The notes beneath the pieces are model-generated. The model did not search any database, was not told the DNA's origin, and was given only the letters and a program-made list of their open reading frames with translations. Shown here piece after piece: positions 1-11,706 of a stretch of 33,679 nt of DNA. The DNA is from a virus (lineage: Duplodnaviria; Caudoviricetes), in IMG/VR virus record IMGVR_UViG_3300032288_001772, positions 1-33,679 of that record; one strand, written 5' to 3'. A program made the position numbers and the translations under genes. Within the stretch, counting starts at the first letter, position 1, and each line of letters starts with the position of its first letter.

Positions 1-2443
<2,443 letters not shown>

Positions 2444-2459
2444 GTGATTCCTTATATTG

Positions 2460-4307
2460 TTAATAGCGATTGTAGGTAGGCCAGCCCCTAAACGTTCTGC
2501 TCTCGCGACGAGGAGGTGTAGGCTTTTGCCAACTAAACCTGCCATTATCAAGTTCTGTCTGAATGTACGTCTCTACCCAAGTTTGTTCATCTTGACGCAT
2601 GTAGCTGCCGCCACGCAACGGGCTAGAGAAATTGTTTTGATCAATGTATCGCTTAATATCTTCAAGTTTGCTGGGTGGAATTGAAGAAAGAGGAATCCAC
2701 TGCATCTTTCCGGTCTCTGGGTTTTTCACAAAAGCCCCAAGATCGTCTTCGCCACGACGAAGCTTTTCGTAAGTTCCTTCTCCCTGCTTCAAAACCTCAA
2801 CAGAACTCGATTTCTGAACAAACATGTCGTTAACAACTTTTTTAATTTCCTCGTTAGTTAGCTGGCGGGAATTTTTAAGGACGCCGCCTTCAATGCGCTG
2901 AACCTGCCTATCTAATTCTTCGATATACCAGCGCCTTTCACTAGGCTCGGTAAGCCTCATTTCGTCAAGCTTAGAGTTAAGCTCTTCGCGCCAAGTAATT
3001 AGGCTGCGCTGCTCAAGCGATAAATCTCCAGTCATCCTCGCCCGCAAAGCCATCACATAATTAAAATCGCGGCTGTTAAGCGATCCGCGATAACGGACGA
3101 AAATCTCTTCCGGGCTTAAATTAGTTAGCTGCTCTGGGTTGTTTTCCAATTTGGAAAGCACAAGGCTGTTTGTATCCCAGTCTTTCTTAGCGCGATCATA
3201 ATTCAACAACACCTGATCCATGCCCGTGCTGCGAAGTTGGTTCTGAGTCAGTGGATTAATGTCCGAAAGCTGGCCGCTTTTGGCCTGCATTTGCGACAAA
3301 GCATCCTGTAGCGCCATGGCTGAGAGTTGGGCGCGTTGCTGCCGCTGGTTTTCGCTCATGCGGTTAACGGCATCACCCATAATGACGGCTTGACGTTCGT
3401 TGATCTTGCCCGACGAAAGCCAGCCGTGAACCTTGTTCAACTGTTCGTCTCGCGATGCGTTGAACATCTCTGGGCTTTCAAGCAGGCTCTTGACCATCTT
3501 GGTTTCGTTGATGGTGGTAACCGCCTCGCCCATGCGGGCCAACGTATCCGGCGACACTTCGCCCTCGCGGCCCTTCACGAAGTCGTAGTACTGGACGGCA
3601 TCGTCATGCCTATCGCCGCGCGCGAGATCGTCGAACATCTTTGCGTGAGCGGTATCTGACGCCGAAGCCAGCATCTGCTTGCGAACGTCATCGCTGACGC
3701 CACGCAGGTCGGCGATGGCGTTGACCTCGTCCATCCCGGTCTTCCAGTTGCCCGTGGCGGCGGCGAAGTTGCGCTTCGAGATGTTGCGACGGTAGTCCTC
3801 GAACGAGCTTTGGATTCGTGCTTCGGCAGAGCCAATTGCATAAATCTCAGACTGCTTTGCATAATGCTGATCAACGGCCATGGTTGCAGCCATGGTCCTT
3901 CGCGTAAACGCATCCCGAACCAATCGACGCTGAACTGGGTTCTGGGCGCGTTCTTCCAGCTTCTTGCGGGCCTCTTCGATGTCCTTGAACACCTTGTCCC
4001 GCGACTCGATGGCCCCACGCCCAAGCTTTGCCTCGTACCCTTCTTTCGGGTCGTAAACAATCTTGCGAATGGAATCGGCGAAGAGGTTGTCCAGCTCCTT
4101 GGCCGCAGCATCGTCAAGCTGGTTCTGCTGCCGCATCTGCAACGCATTCATGCGGAACGCGGCCTGCGCCAGCTCGCCAGTTGCCGCCCCCATCTGAGAA
4201 ATCTCTCGGGGGGTCTGATCCTCCATCGGGATCGTGCGCGGCGCTTGGACCGCAGGCATCTGAATCGGCTGAAGATCAACAGAGGTAAATCTAGGAACTT
4301 GAACCAT
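2460..4307 (-). CDS. Internal virion / ejection protein (615 aa, helical)
   Basis: Long helical ORF whose N-terminus (MVQVPRF...YEAKLGRGA) and position match podovirus ejection proteins. Confidence 0.7.
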   Translation of the reverse strand: MVQVPRFTSVDLQPIQMPAVQAPRTIPMEDQTPREISQMGAATGELAQAAFRMNALQMRQQNQLDDAAAKELDNLFADSIRKIVYDPKEGYEAKLGRGAIESRDKVFKDIEEARKKLEERAQNPVQRRLVRDAFTRRTMAATMAVDQHYAKQSEIYAIGSAEARIQSSFEDYRRNISKRNFAAATGNWKTGMDEVNAIADLRGVSDDVRKQMLASASDTAHAKMFDDLARGDRHDDAVQYYDFVKGREGEVSPDTLARMGEAVTTINETKMVKSLLESPEMFNASRDEQLNKVHGWLSSGKINERQAVIMGDAVNRMSENQRQQRAQLSAMALQDALSQMQAKSGQLSDINPLTQNQLRSTGMDQVLLNYDRAKKDWDTNSLVLSKLENNPEQLTNLSPEEIFVRYRGSLNSRDFNYVMALRARMTGDLSLEQRSLITWREELNSKLDEMRLTEPSERRWYIEELDRQVQRIEGGVLKNSRQLTNEEIKKVVNDMFVQKSSSVEVLKQGEGTYEKLRRGEDDLGAFVKNPETGKMQWIPLSSIPPSKLEDIKRYIDQNNFSSPLRGGSYMRQDEQTWVETYIQTELDNGRFSWQKPTPPRRESRTFRGWPTYNRY

Positions 4308-4309
4308 GG

Positions 4310-4987
4310 TTAAATGTCACTCGGGTAGTAGCCGCGATTCTGTGCAACTGCATAACTGCTGGCGATGCTTCCAGCAGAACCAAGCAGGCTTGTCGCTGCG
4401 CCCACATACGGGCGGATGGTCCTTCGGGTAGACGCCAAGTTCTGCGCGCTAACGCCAGCCATCATGCCCTCGTTCTGGATGTTCACGCGCTGCATGCGCG
4501 CGGCTTCCGCCTGACGCACGGAGTTCGCGTTGATCGTGATTGCATCCATCTCCTTGACGAGATCGGCGGTCGCCATCGTCTCGGCGGCGCTGCCTACGCC
4601 CGCCTGCACGCCGCGCGCGCCCAGCGAAGCTTCAGCCGCAGCCTTCTGCGCGCCCGCGCGCATCTTGTATTGGCTGATCTGCTGCTGCCCGGATTCCAAG
4701 ATCGACTGCGCCTGATACTCGGCGTTGCGAGCGTTGATGGCGGACATCGATTGCTGGAACTCCAGCGACAACTGCTGCGACTTGAGCTTGTAACGCTCGC
4801 TCTTTGCGGCGTAAAAGCTGCCGATGGCTCCTTGCAAGGCGCTGGTCGCACCAAGGAGCAAACCCAACGCCGCGTAGTTGAACTTGTCCGGTGCCGGATT
4901 CCCGGCACCCGGAGCAGCAGCCCCACCAGTTGGGTCGAAACCAAACTTGGATGCCTGAAACAGCGAAAAGTCATCCTCGTTCATCAC
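4310..4987 (-). CDS. Small internal virion protein (T7 gp14-like position)
   Basis: Ala/Gly/Gln-rich with hydrophobic ends and a typical GARGVQAGVGSA segment. Its start overlaps the nozzle stop. Confidence 0.75.
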   Translation of the reverse strand: MMNEDDFSLFQASKFGFDPTGGAAAPGAGNPAPDKFNYAALGLLLGATSALQGAIGSFYAAKSERYKLKSQQLSLEFQQSMSAINARNAEYQAQSILESGQQQISQYKMRAGAQKAAAEASLGARGVQAGVGSAAETMATADLVKEMDAITINANSVRQAEAARMQRVNIQNEGMMAGVSAQNLASTRRTIRPYVGAATSLLGSAGSIASSYAVAQNRGYYPSDI

Positions 4988-7900
4988 CCACCTCCGATAA
5001 CGGTTTCCGTGGTCAAGCTGGTGATTTCCAGCGGCAGGGGATCAGTCTGACGAACGAGCACCGTGCCGTCCCAATCCCACGTTGGCGTCAAAAGAACATC
5101 CACGTTTTCGCTAACCATGGTCGCGCTTGTGTTGTACGGATTGGACTTCACCAGCTTGTCTGCCGATGGCCCCATGTAGAAGTCGCCTGAGCGGAGCACG
5201 CGCAGGAACGCCTTGCTGACGTTCTTCACGCGATACTGACCAAACCCCTCCATCTGAAGCGTCACCGGAAGAGTCTTCAGTTCTGCCGTGATGGGAAGGC
5301 CGACAAGGATCTTCTGCCCAGTAGTAGCTGGCGTGGTCAGCGTGATGGATCCGCCGCTCACCACCTTGGAAGGCTGGATCTGGCCGTTGACCAGCACGCT
5401 TACCGTATTGCCGTTGAGATGGTCGAGGCCACCAACCGAGGTCACCGGACCTGCGCCGACAGTGGTCTGCAACGCGCTGTCCATGAACCATGCGTCGGCA
5501 AGCGTCGCGTACTCGCGAGACTGCATGCGCTCGACGTAGCGCAGCGGACTGGCCTGTGTCCCGCGATTCACGATGACGTACAAAAAGTCTTCGTCTCCCT
5601 CAGGAACGGATGCGCACGACTCGAACGTGCCCAGCGTGTCGTGCTGGTGCCACGCACCAACCTGCTCTTCGGGGACGTAGGTCATGCCAAGCAGTTTCCC
5701 GCTGGTGGAAATGAACCACAGAATCGGGCGCGGAGCCTTGCTGTAGGTCATATCGACGATGTCGTAATCGTCGAACAAATGCGCAGCGCGCATGCTCAGG
5801 TCGCCCGTGATGTAGCCGTTAGCCTGCCAGTTGTACCCCATCTCACGGACATGGCCACCGCGAGACGCGACGTAGACCATGGTGTTGTTGATTATCTGGG
5901 GCTGCGCGTTGTTGGCACCGATGAATGACTGCGGACGCACCGAGATGGTGAACGGCGTCAACGCATCACCGTTGACCGAGGTCACGCGCCATTCGGCGCT
6001 GTTGGTCAGCAGGACAAGCTGCTGCAACGGAACCATGTGCCTGATGGTGTTGGATTCGCGCGCGGCAACTTGAAAGAAGATTCTATCGGTATCCTGCGCG
6101 GGAAGGTGGTAACCAAGATCCGACTCGGTCCCCGACGCGGTCATCCACACGGCCTGCGGTTTGGTAATGGTCCCGCCAAAGCAGCGGCGCTGCTCGTAGT
6201 AGCAAACAGCGGCTGGGAAGTTGGTCGAGGTCTGAAGATCCGAACTGAACAGCGGCGGCGTCTGTCCAAGGTCGGGAGCGATGTTGTCATCCTTGAAGGT
6301 GACAGGCCCGTTGGCTGGTTGCTCGACTTGGCCGATGTACCCGAACAGACCGCTCTGCTCCTTGTAGACGTTGTAGCGAACGGCCCCCTCCATCCGATCC
6401 CAACTAATAGTGTTGTACGCACCAGTGACATACAAGTTGTTGGTGACGCTTACCTCCGCAGAAGCAAGGCTTTCGTCGAGACCCGGACCAATTGCCGACA
6501 CCTTGTACTTGTTGACCGTATTGATCGTCGGGTTGCTGAACTGCATCTTGCCAGTTCGACCAATGCGAATAATGAAGCCAGATGCGGTGCCGATGTTTAC
6601 AAAGGCCCCAGTGCCGTTTGGATCCGTAGTGATTTGAAACGTGGTTGCGTTGGCAGGACTTAGAGCCTTGACGTAGTAGGTCGTTCCAGCCGTGACGCCC
6701 GATGGAACCCCGTTGAGTCCGACTTGGTTGAAGATGACGGGGCAACCAACGGCGAGGTTGTTGGGATTCGAGGTAGTAATGGTGTTTGCCGTATCGTCAG
6801 AAGTGCAAAGCCATTCGCCGAACGTTGATCCTTCCGTGTTGAAGTTAACGTCCTTGCCTCCGTCGTAGGTCTTAAGCGTGACCTCTCTGGTGGCATCGGC
6901 TCCACCATCGCCATCGTTATCTTGAATCAGGAAGAACTTGTCGTTGACGAAGTTCCATTTGCAGTTGCTGATGTAAACCTGATCGTTGTTGGCATAGCCG
7001 TGATCGCTGTCAAACGTGAACAGCGCCTTGTCAACTCCACCAGCGGCGTTGCCTTCGTACTTGCGAATGAAGTCAATTTCGATTGCGCCGCCAAGGTTGG
7101 CCGTCACCGATACGTTGGTCGGAGTCGCAACCGTCCCTTGAAACGTCAGTGGAATCATGCGCCAATCGGTTGCGCCATACCTGCGCAACTCCATCGGCTG
7201 GTAGTTCGGATGAACTAGCGTCAGCACATCGTTGGATTGCGCGTAGTGAATGCTGAAGATGTCGGCTTCAGCGTAGGGCACACCATCAGACCGATGAGTG
7301 GGAATCTCGTATTCCCCGGTGATGGGCTGCAACCACCAAAAGGGGCTGCTTGTTGCGGGGCCAGTTACTGGGGCATCGTACGACTCGCCCTGCGTGTTGC
7401 GGTAATAGTAGACGCGGCTCGAAAACAAAACGAGTTCGCCTTGGCGGTATGCGTAGGACCCGGTACTGGAAGACGCAGCGGTAGTGAACGTAAGTTCCGG
7501 TCCACCAGAAGTTGCCGCGATTTTAAACGTGTTGGTAAGTGGCGTCGAAACGTAGTAGACGCGGTTGGCAACAAGCTCAGGAGGCAGATTGGCCCCAGTA
7601 AAAAACACTGGATCGCCAGCGACAAAAGTGTGGCCAGACCAGTTGACCGTGCTGGGTGCCGTGAAGGTGACGGATGTGCTTTTCGGCTTGTACGCGGTTG
7701 CGGACGGAGCGGTTAGCACCGCGCCGTTGGTGTAGAACCGGAAGAACGAAACGTTGGACGCATTGATGCCAAGTTCGATCACAACCGACTGAGTTGTGGA
7801 GAACACAAACGGAATCAGTCGCGACTTCTTCGCGCTGTTCCCAGTTGCCCGCACGAACAAGGTGCCCGGTCGGTTGTACGCAGGACCCTGCGGCTTCGTG

Positions 7901-8019
7901 ATGAAGTTCCGCAGGAGCGCCGCGCCCGTCTGGTACTTGGAATCGTCGATCCTCCCGAACATCTCGGGACTGATCTCGCCGCCACCAAACGACCGAGTGT
8001 AAATGCGCGTGCTAGGCAT
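4984..8019 (-). CDS. Tail nozzle / tail tubular protein B with inserted beta-domains
   Basis: Characteristic N-terminus SFGGGEISPEMFGRID...RPGT, plus FPAAVCYYEQRRCFGGT and VGAWHQHDT motifs; 1011 aa. Confidence 0.9.
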   Translation of the reverse strand: MPSTRIYTRSFGGGEISPEMFGRIDDSKYQTGAALLRNFITKPQGPAYNRPGTLFVRATGNSAKKSRLIPFVFSTTQSVVIELGINASNVSFFRFYTNGAVLTAPSATAYKPKSTSVTFTAPSTVNWSGHTFVAGDPVFFTGANLPPELVANRVYYVSTPLTNTFKIAATSGGPELTFTTAASSSTGSYAYRQGELVLFSSRVYYYRNTQGESYDAPVTGPATSSPFWWLQPITGEYEIPTHRSDGVPYAEADIFSIHYAQSNDVLTLVHPNYQPMELRRYGATDWRMIPLTFQGTVATPTNVSVTANLGGAIEIDFIRKYEGNAAGGVDKALFTFDSDHGYANNDQVYISNCKWNFVNDKFFLIQDNDGDGGADATREVTLKTYDGGKDVNFNTEGSTFGEWLCTSDDTANTITTSNPNNLAVGCPVIFNQVGLNGVPSGVTAGTTYYVKALSPANATTFQITTDPNGTGAFVNIGTASGFIIRIGRTGKMQFSNPTINTVNKYKVSAIGPGLDESLASAEVSVTNNLYVTGAYNTISWDRMEGAVRYNVYKEQSGLFGYIGQVEQPANGPVTFKDDNIAPDLGQTPPLFSSDLQTSTNFPAAVCYYEQRRCFGGTITKPQAVWMTASGTESDLGYHLPAQDTDRIFFQVAARESNTIRHMVPLQQLVLLTNSAEWRVTSVNGDALTPFTISVRPQSFIGANNAQPQIINNTMVYVASRGGHVREMGYNWQANGYITGDLSMRAAHLFDDYDIVDMTYSKAPRPILWFISTSGKLLGMTYVPEEQVGAWHQHDTLGTFESCASVPEGDEDFLYVIVNRGTQASPLRYVERMQSREYATLADAWFMDSALQTTVGAGPVTSVGGLDHLNGNTVSVLVNGQIQPSKVVSGGSITLTTPATTGQKILVGLPITAELKTLPVTLQMEGFGQYRVKNVSKAFLRVLRSGDFYMGPSADKLVKSNPYNTSATMVSENVDVLLTPTWDWDGTVLVRQTDPLPLEITSLTTETVIGGG

Positions 8020-8022
8020 AGG

Positions 8023-10359
8023 TCACCGTCCCGACATCCAAGGAGTAATCTGTTCCGGCTTGACGTTGCGCTGAGTCGCGTCAAGGGTTTCGGCCTTGCC
8101 GAGGTACGCCATCATCATCTGCTGGCAACGCTTGGCTTCAGCGGATCCCTGATCGCCCTTGATGATTGGACCAGCCAGCATGCTGGCCAGATGCCACGAC
8201 AGCGCCACGACAAACGTCTGCGAGAACGTTCGCGGGTCCGTTACCCGGTAAACAAATCGCACCTTCGCTTCGGGCTGATCCGTGTAGATGATTTGCTCGC
8301 CATCATCGTTGGTTTCGATGGTGTACGGCTGCGGGTTGTACATGCCAGCAGCCACCACCGGAGCCGTGTAGTACTGGGAGTTCGGCGGCGAGAACTGCGT
8401 GCTGTAATCGTCCGAAGAATCGGGCGGCAGCACCGCCACGATCTTGGCCGCGTTCTCCGGCATGAAGTAGGCGAAGTCGTACTCCGTGGAGGTGTTCGGA
8501 GCAGCAACGAGAACTTCGCGGCGCATCGCAAAGTTCCACTGCTGCATCTCAAGCAGACTGTCGCGAGCAATCGGATAGAACGTGGCGCAGTAGCTGCTCT
8601 GCACAGACCCATCGGTTGGGTCGATGCTGGTGATCTTCCCGCCTTCGCCGATGTGCGAAAGCGCCAAGTTGCAGATGTCCACCGCCGTCGTGCCCACGCG
8701 CGAGACCTTCTCCCACACGTTGAACGCCGCCGTTTCCCACTGCGTCAGACCAGCGCCGCTGAAGTGGGCCGCATCTCCGGGAAGCTTGTAGAACTCGTTG
8801 GTTTCGAAGGTGCCCATGTAGGGGTCTTCGTAAGCAAGCTTCTGCACCGCGTTGCGAACAAGCTCAGCACTTTCTGCGGTGCTGTTTGTGGCCCACGGCT
8901 CCGTCGTGATCTTGCCTTGAATCCACGGAATTGTTTCGGCAAGACCGCTGTACATGCCACGGTCCTTGATGGCTTGGCGCACAAGGCTCTTAAACGCGCG
9001 CAGGTTGTCTTCGTAAGCATTCGCCCAAACTGCGTTTGCTGTATCGCTTTCGCCCTGCGACATGAACACGCCTACAACTTCAAGCGTGTTGCCTTCCGAC
9101 GCGGCTGCGGCAACAGCGGTATCGAGGATGTCGAGGAAGCGCGTGTACAGACTCTTGGAGGCTCCGGGCGACCAGTTGCTGTGGGCCGTCGTGTCAAACC
9201 ATGCGGCGCGCGATGGATTGAGTCCGATGGCACCAAAAGTGAAGCCCTGCTCGTTTTGAGCCAAGCAAGTGCTTCCGACGCCGAGATTGCAAACGTAGAT
9301 TTCCTCGCCGAGGGCCTGCTTAAGGCGCATTGCGAGACCGACATGGTAAGCCGAGTTGTGGCCAATCGGACTTGCTTCAATCCGCAAAAGGTTCCAGTAG
9401 TAAGGAACGCTGTAGGAGTTCGGGTAATTAAACCCCGGTGGGAACGGGTTCGTCTTGTTGGCCGGAGCGGTCAGCGTGCTGTAAATCCTTCCTTCAAGCT
9501 TGGTCCAAGGAAAGAAGTAGCCCCACTTGTCAAAGCGCCCAGTCGGAGTGTTGGTCTTGTACCAGTTGCCCGTCTGCACTCCGTTGAACGAAGTGCCAAC
9601 AACTTGCGGCGAATCGCAAATGTGTTCCAAGGAGTATTCAAACTCGAACACATCCCCAACATGCGGTGCCTGCTGGTAGGTTCCTTCAACAACGACTTGA
9701 TGGTCGGTGGCGTCAGTGCCAACCGAAATGATTCTTTTGGCTACACCGATATTTCCTGCGTGCGTTGAATATGTGCACCGAACGATGACGTTCAGCAATG
9801 TGCCCGATGATGGGTTTGTACGGAAATCTCTCCAGCGGATGCCAAAGTAAAGTCGCGTGTTTCCGCCTTCTACTGTGGCGGTGGTCTTGTTGACCATGTT
9901 GAAAAAGATCGACTCGTCCGCGATAGATGCCGGAGAAAACGGAGGATCGACCGTGATCGTGTTGGCCGTGTTGGCCGTGATCTTATGAAGCGTGTTGGTC
10001 AGTCCACGCTTGATGACTACGTCATTAAGCGAGTTGTCGGCTGACGCCGTGATGTAAAGCGCCATGGTGCTCGTGCCACCTGAGCCAACTGCGCCAGTGC
10101 CCGGGTAGTACATGTAGCCGCTCGATGCCGGGTTGTAGAACGTCAAGTACTTGACGCTCGGCATGGCGAGGCCGCGAATGTTGACCTTGGAGTACCCGTA
10201 GAAGTCCCCCGGCACCGTGAAGAGGTCGCCTTGGGTGATTGACATCTTCGGGACGGCCATCAGGTCGGCGTTTGGATGCAGCAGAAGCCACGAAGCATCG
10301 TCACCGATTGGGTCCGAGTTGCTTTGCCCGAGCGAGATGAGAACTTTCTTGACGGCCAT
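8023..10359 (-). CDS. SGNH/SASA-family (sialate O-acetylesterase-like) esterase fused to tail adaptor (tail tubular protein A)
   Basis: GQSN, QGESD and DAAH motifs lie in the first ~550 aa. The last ~224 aa (VDICNLALSHIG...FYPIARDSLLEMQQWNFA...LSWHLASMLAGPI) match a podovirus adaptor. ATG 10359 is preferred to TTG 10377. Confidence 0.85.
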   Translation of the reverse strand: MAVKKVLISLGQSNSDPIGDDASWLLLHPNADLMAVPKMSITQGDLFTVPGDFYGYSKVNIRGLAMPSVKYLTFYNPASSGYMYYPGTGAVGSGGTSTMALYITASADNSLNDVVIKRGLTNTLHKITANTANTITVDPPFSPASIADESIFFNMVNKTTATVEGGNTRLYFGIRWRDFRTNPSSGTLLNVIVRCTYSTHAGNIGVAKRIISVGTDATDHQVVVEGTYQQAPHVGDVFEFEYSLEHICDSPQVVGTSFNGVQTGNWYKTNTPTGRFDKWGYFFPWTKLEGRIYSTLTAPANKTNPFPPGFNYPNSYSVPYYWNLLRIEASPIGHNSAYHVGLAMRLKQALGEEIYVCNLGVGSTCLAQNEQGFTFGAIGLNPSRAAWFDTTAHSNWSPGASKSLYTRFLDILDTAVAAAASEGNTLEVVGVFMSQGESDTANAVWANAYEDNLRAFKSLVRQAIKDRGMYSGLAETIPWIQGKITTEPWATNSTAESAELVRNAVQKLAYEDPYMGTFETNEFYKLPGDAAHFSGAGLTQWETAAFNVWEKVSRVGTTAVDICNLALSHIGEGGKITSIDPTDGSVQSSYCATFYPIARDSLLEMQQWNFAMRREVLVAAPNTSTEYDFAYFMPENAAKIVAVLPPDSSDDYSTQFSPPNSQYYTAPVVAAGMYNPQPYTIETNDDGEQIIYTDQPEAKVRFVYRVTDPRTFSQTFVVALSWHLASMLAGPIIKGDQGSAEAKRCQQMMMAYLGKAETLDATQRNVKPEQITPWMSGR

Positions 10360-10375
10360 GTTTGATCCTGAATGC

Positions 10376-10402
10376 AAAAAGGGGCCGCACTAGGCGACCC
10401 CT
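10376..10402 (-). terminator. Rho-independent terminator after the capsid gene cluster
   Basis: Minus strand reads AGGGGTCGC-CTAGT-GCGGCCCCT followed by TTTT. Confidence 0.8.
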
Positions 10403-10432
10403 CATCTAAAGAACGTTAGCAATGCAATTGAA

Positions 10433-10654
10433 TCAGGCTTCGCTTGGGGTCTGTGCCTGCCGCCGAACCCGAGTAAGTACACGCCTCTTCGGCGCTACTT
10501 CGGGTACAGCGGAAGGCTTTTGACCAGCAGTTTCCTGCGGTTCATCAAGGCACTCAATGTTGAGGCAGGGCGGTCCCAAATACTCGAAGATCGCACCTTC
10601 ATCACGATAAGCGTTATCGATGAAAACAGGACACAAAGCTCGATATCTAGGCAT
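10433..10654 (-). CDS. Small hypothetical virion-cluster protein
   Basis: 73-aa ORF tightly packed after the cement genes and before the terminator. Confidence 0.7.
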   Translation of the reverse strand: MPRYRALCPVFIDNAYRDEGAIFEYLGPPCLNIECLDEPQETAGQKPSAVPEVAPKRRVLTRVRRQAQTPSEA

Positions 10655-10657
10655 GGC

Positions 10658-11158
10658 TCAGACGATGGTAAAGCTCTTGGAGTAGTACGTTCTGCCGTCC
10701 AGCATCTGGATATCCTTGACGAGTTCGGCACGAATCGCACCAGCAGAGATGGCACCAACAATCGTGTAGTAGCCGGACAGATACCTAGCGCCAGTCGCAC
10801 CAATGGTGCCACTGATGGCGGTAATCAGGCCCGGCAACGGAACGACGATCTTGGTTGCTGGCGTGCCAGCCCCAACCGCTGCCGTGTGAGCGACAAGCTG
10901 CGCAGAGGCATAGAGTCCGCTCTGCACAACGGTTGAACTGCTGGACATGTCCGCATTCGGGCTGACGGCCAGTCCAAAGCGAACAGTTCCAGCGCCAGAG
11001 AAGGCTGTCGTGACCGTGACAAGGAGGGACAGCGTTTCGCCGTCCCCCAAGTCACGCGCCATCGACAGATCAACCTTGTCCGTGGAAATGATGTTGGTAT
11101 CAGTTCCAGTAACGGTTTGCCCGTTTGAAAACAGAAGTAGTTGATCAGCGATCATCAA
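10658..11158 (-). CDS. Capsid cement/decoration protein, Bbp16-like (paralog 2)
   Basis: D-x-x-L-x-FS-x-x-Q, STDKVDL...RDLGDGE and RYL motifs; SD AGGAGG; downstream of the major capsid gene. Confidence 0.8.
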   Translation of the reverse strand: MMIADQLLLFSNGQTVTGTDTNIISTDKVDLSMARDLGDGETLSLLVTVTTAFSGAGTVRFGLAVSPNADMSSSSTVVQSGLYASAQLVAHTAAVGAGTPATKIVVPLPGLITAISGTIGATGARYLSGYYTIVGAISAGAIRAELVKDIQMLDGRTYYSKSFTIV

Positions 11159-11172
11159 AGCCTCCTTTGGCT

Positions 11173-11688
11173 TTATCCAACGGTAATGCCAGTCGGATAG
11201 CTCTTCTTGCCATCCTGAACGCCGATCACAACATCGGAGATCACTCGGCCACCAGTTGTAAAAGTGCCAGTCGGAACATACCGAAGGCCAAAATACAACT
11301 GACCGAGATTTCCCTGCACGGCAGCGGCTGCGTTAACGATGCCCGCAAGAAGCGGGTTGATGCGAATAGCGCAAACGTAACCCATCTTCTGGCCCGTAGG
11401 TGCGATCAGCGAAACAAGTGGGATCACATCCGAGAAGCCAACAAGCTGAACGTTGGCGCTAAGGCCAACATCAGAAGCGATGACTGCTCGAACCTGAAGG
11501 TTGGTTCCGCCAGCAAAGGTGCCAGTTACGCGAGTGTAGACATAAATGTCTTCACCCTCACCCATGTCCCTGATGGCACCAAGGTCAATTACGTCGGAAG
11601 AAATAATTTCTGCCGCTCCGGTAATTGCCTGACCGCCAGCCGCACGATCTGCGGTGCTAGTAAGACTAAGACTTGCGTCAGTATACAT
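11173..11688 (-). CDS. Capsid cement/decoration protein, Bbp16-like (paralog 1)
   Basis: MYTD...SSDVIDLG..RDMGEGEDIY...YFGLRY; SD AAGGAG; immediately after the major capsid gene. Confidence 0.8.
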   Translation of the reverse strand: MYTDASLSLTSTADRAAGGQAITGAAEIISSDVIDLGAIRDMGEGEDIYVYTRVTGTFAGGTNLQVRAVIASDVGLSANVQLVGFSDVIPLVSLIAPTGQKMGYVCAIRINPLLAGIVNAAAAVQGNLGQLYFGLRYVPTGTFTTGGRVISDVVIGVQDGKKSYPTGITVG

Positions 11689-11706
11689 TGTTGATTTCTC
11701 CTTTTA

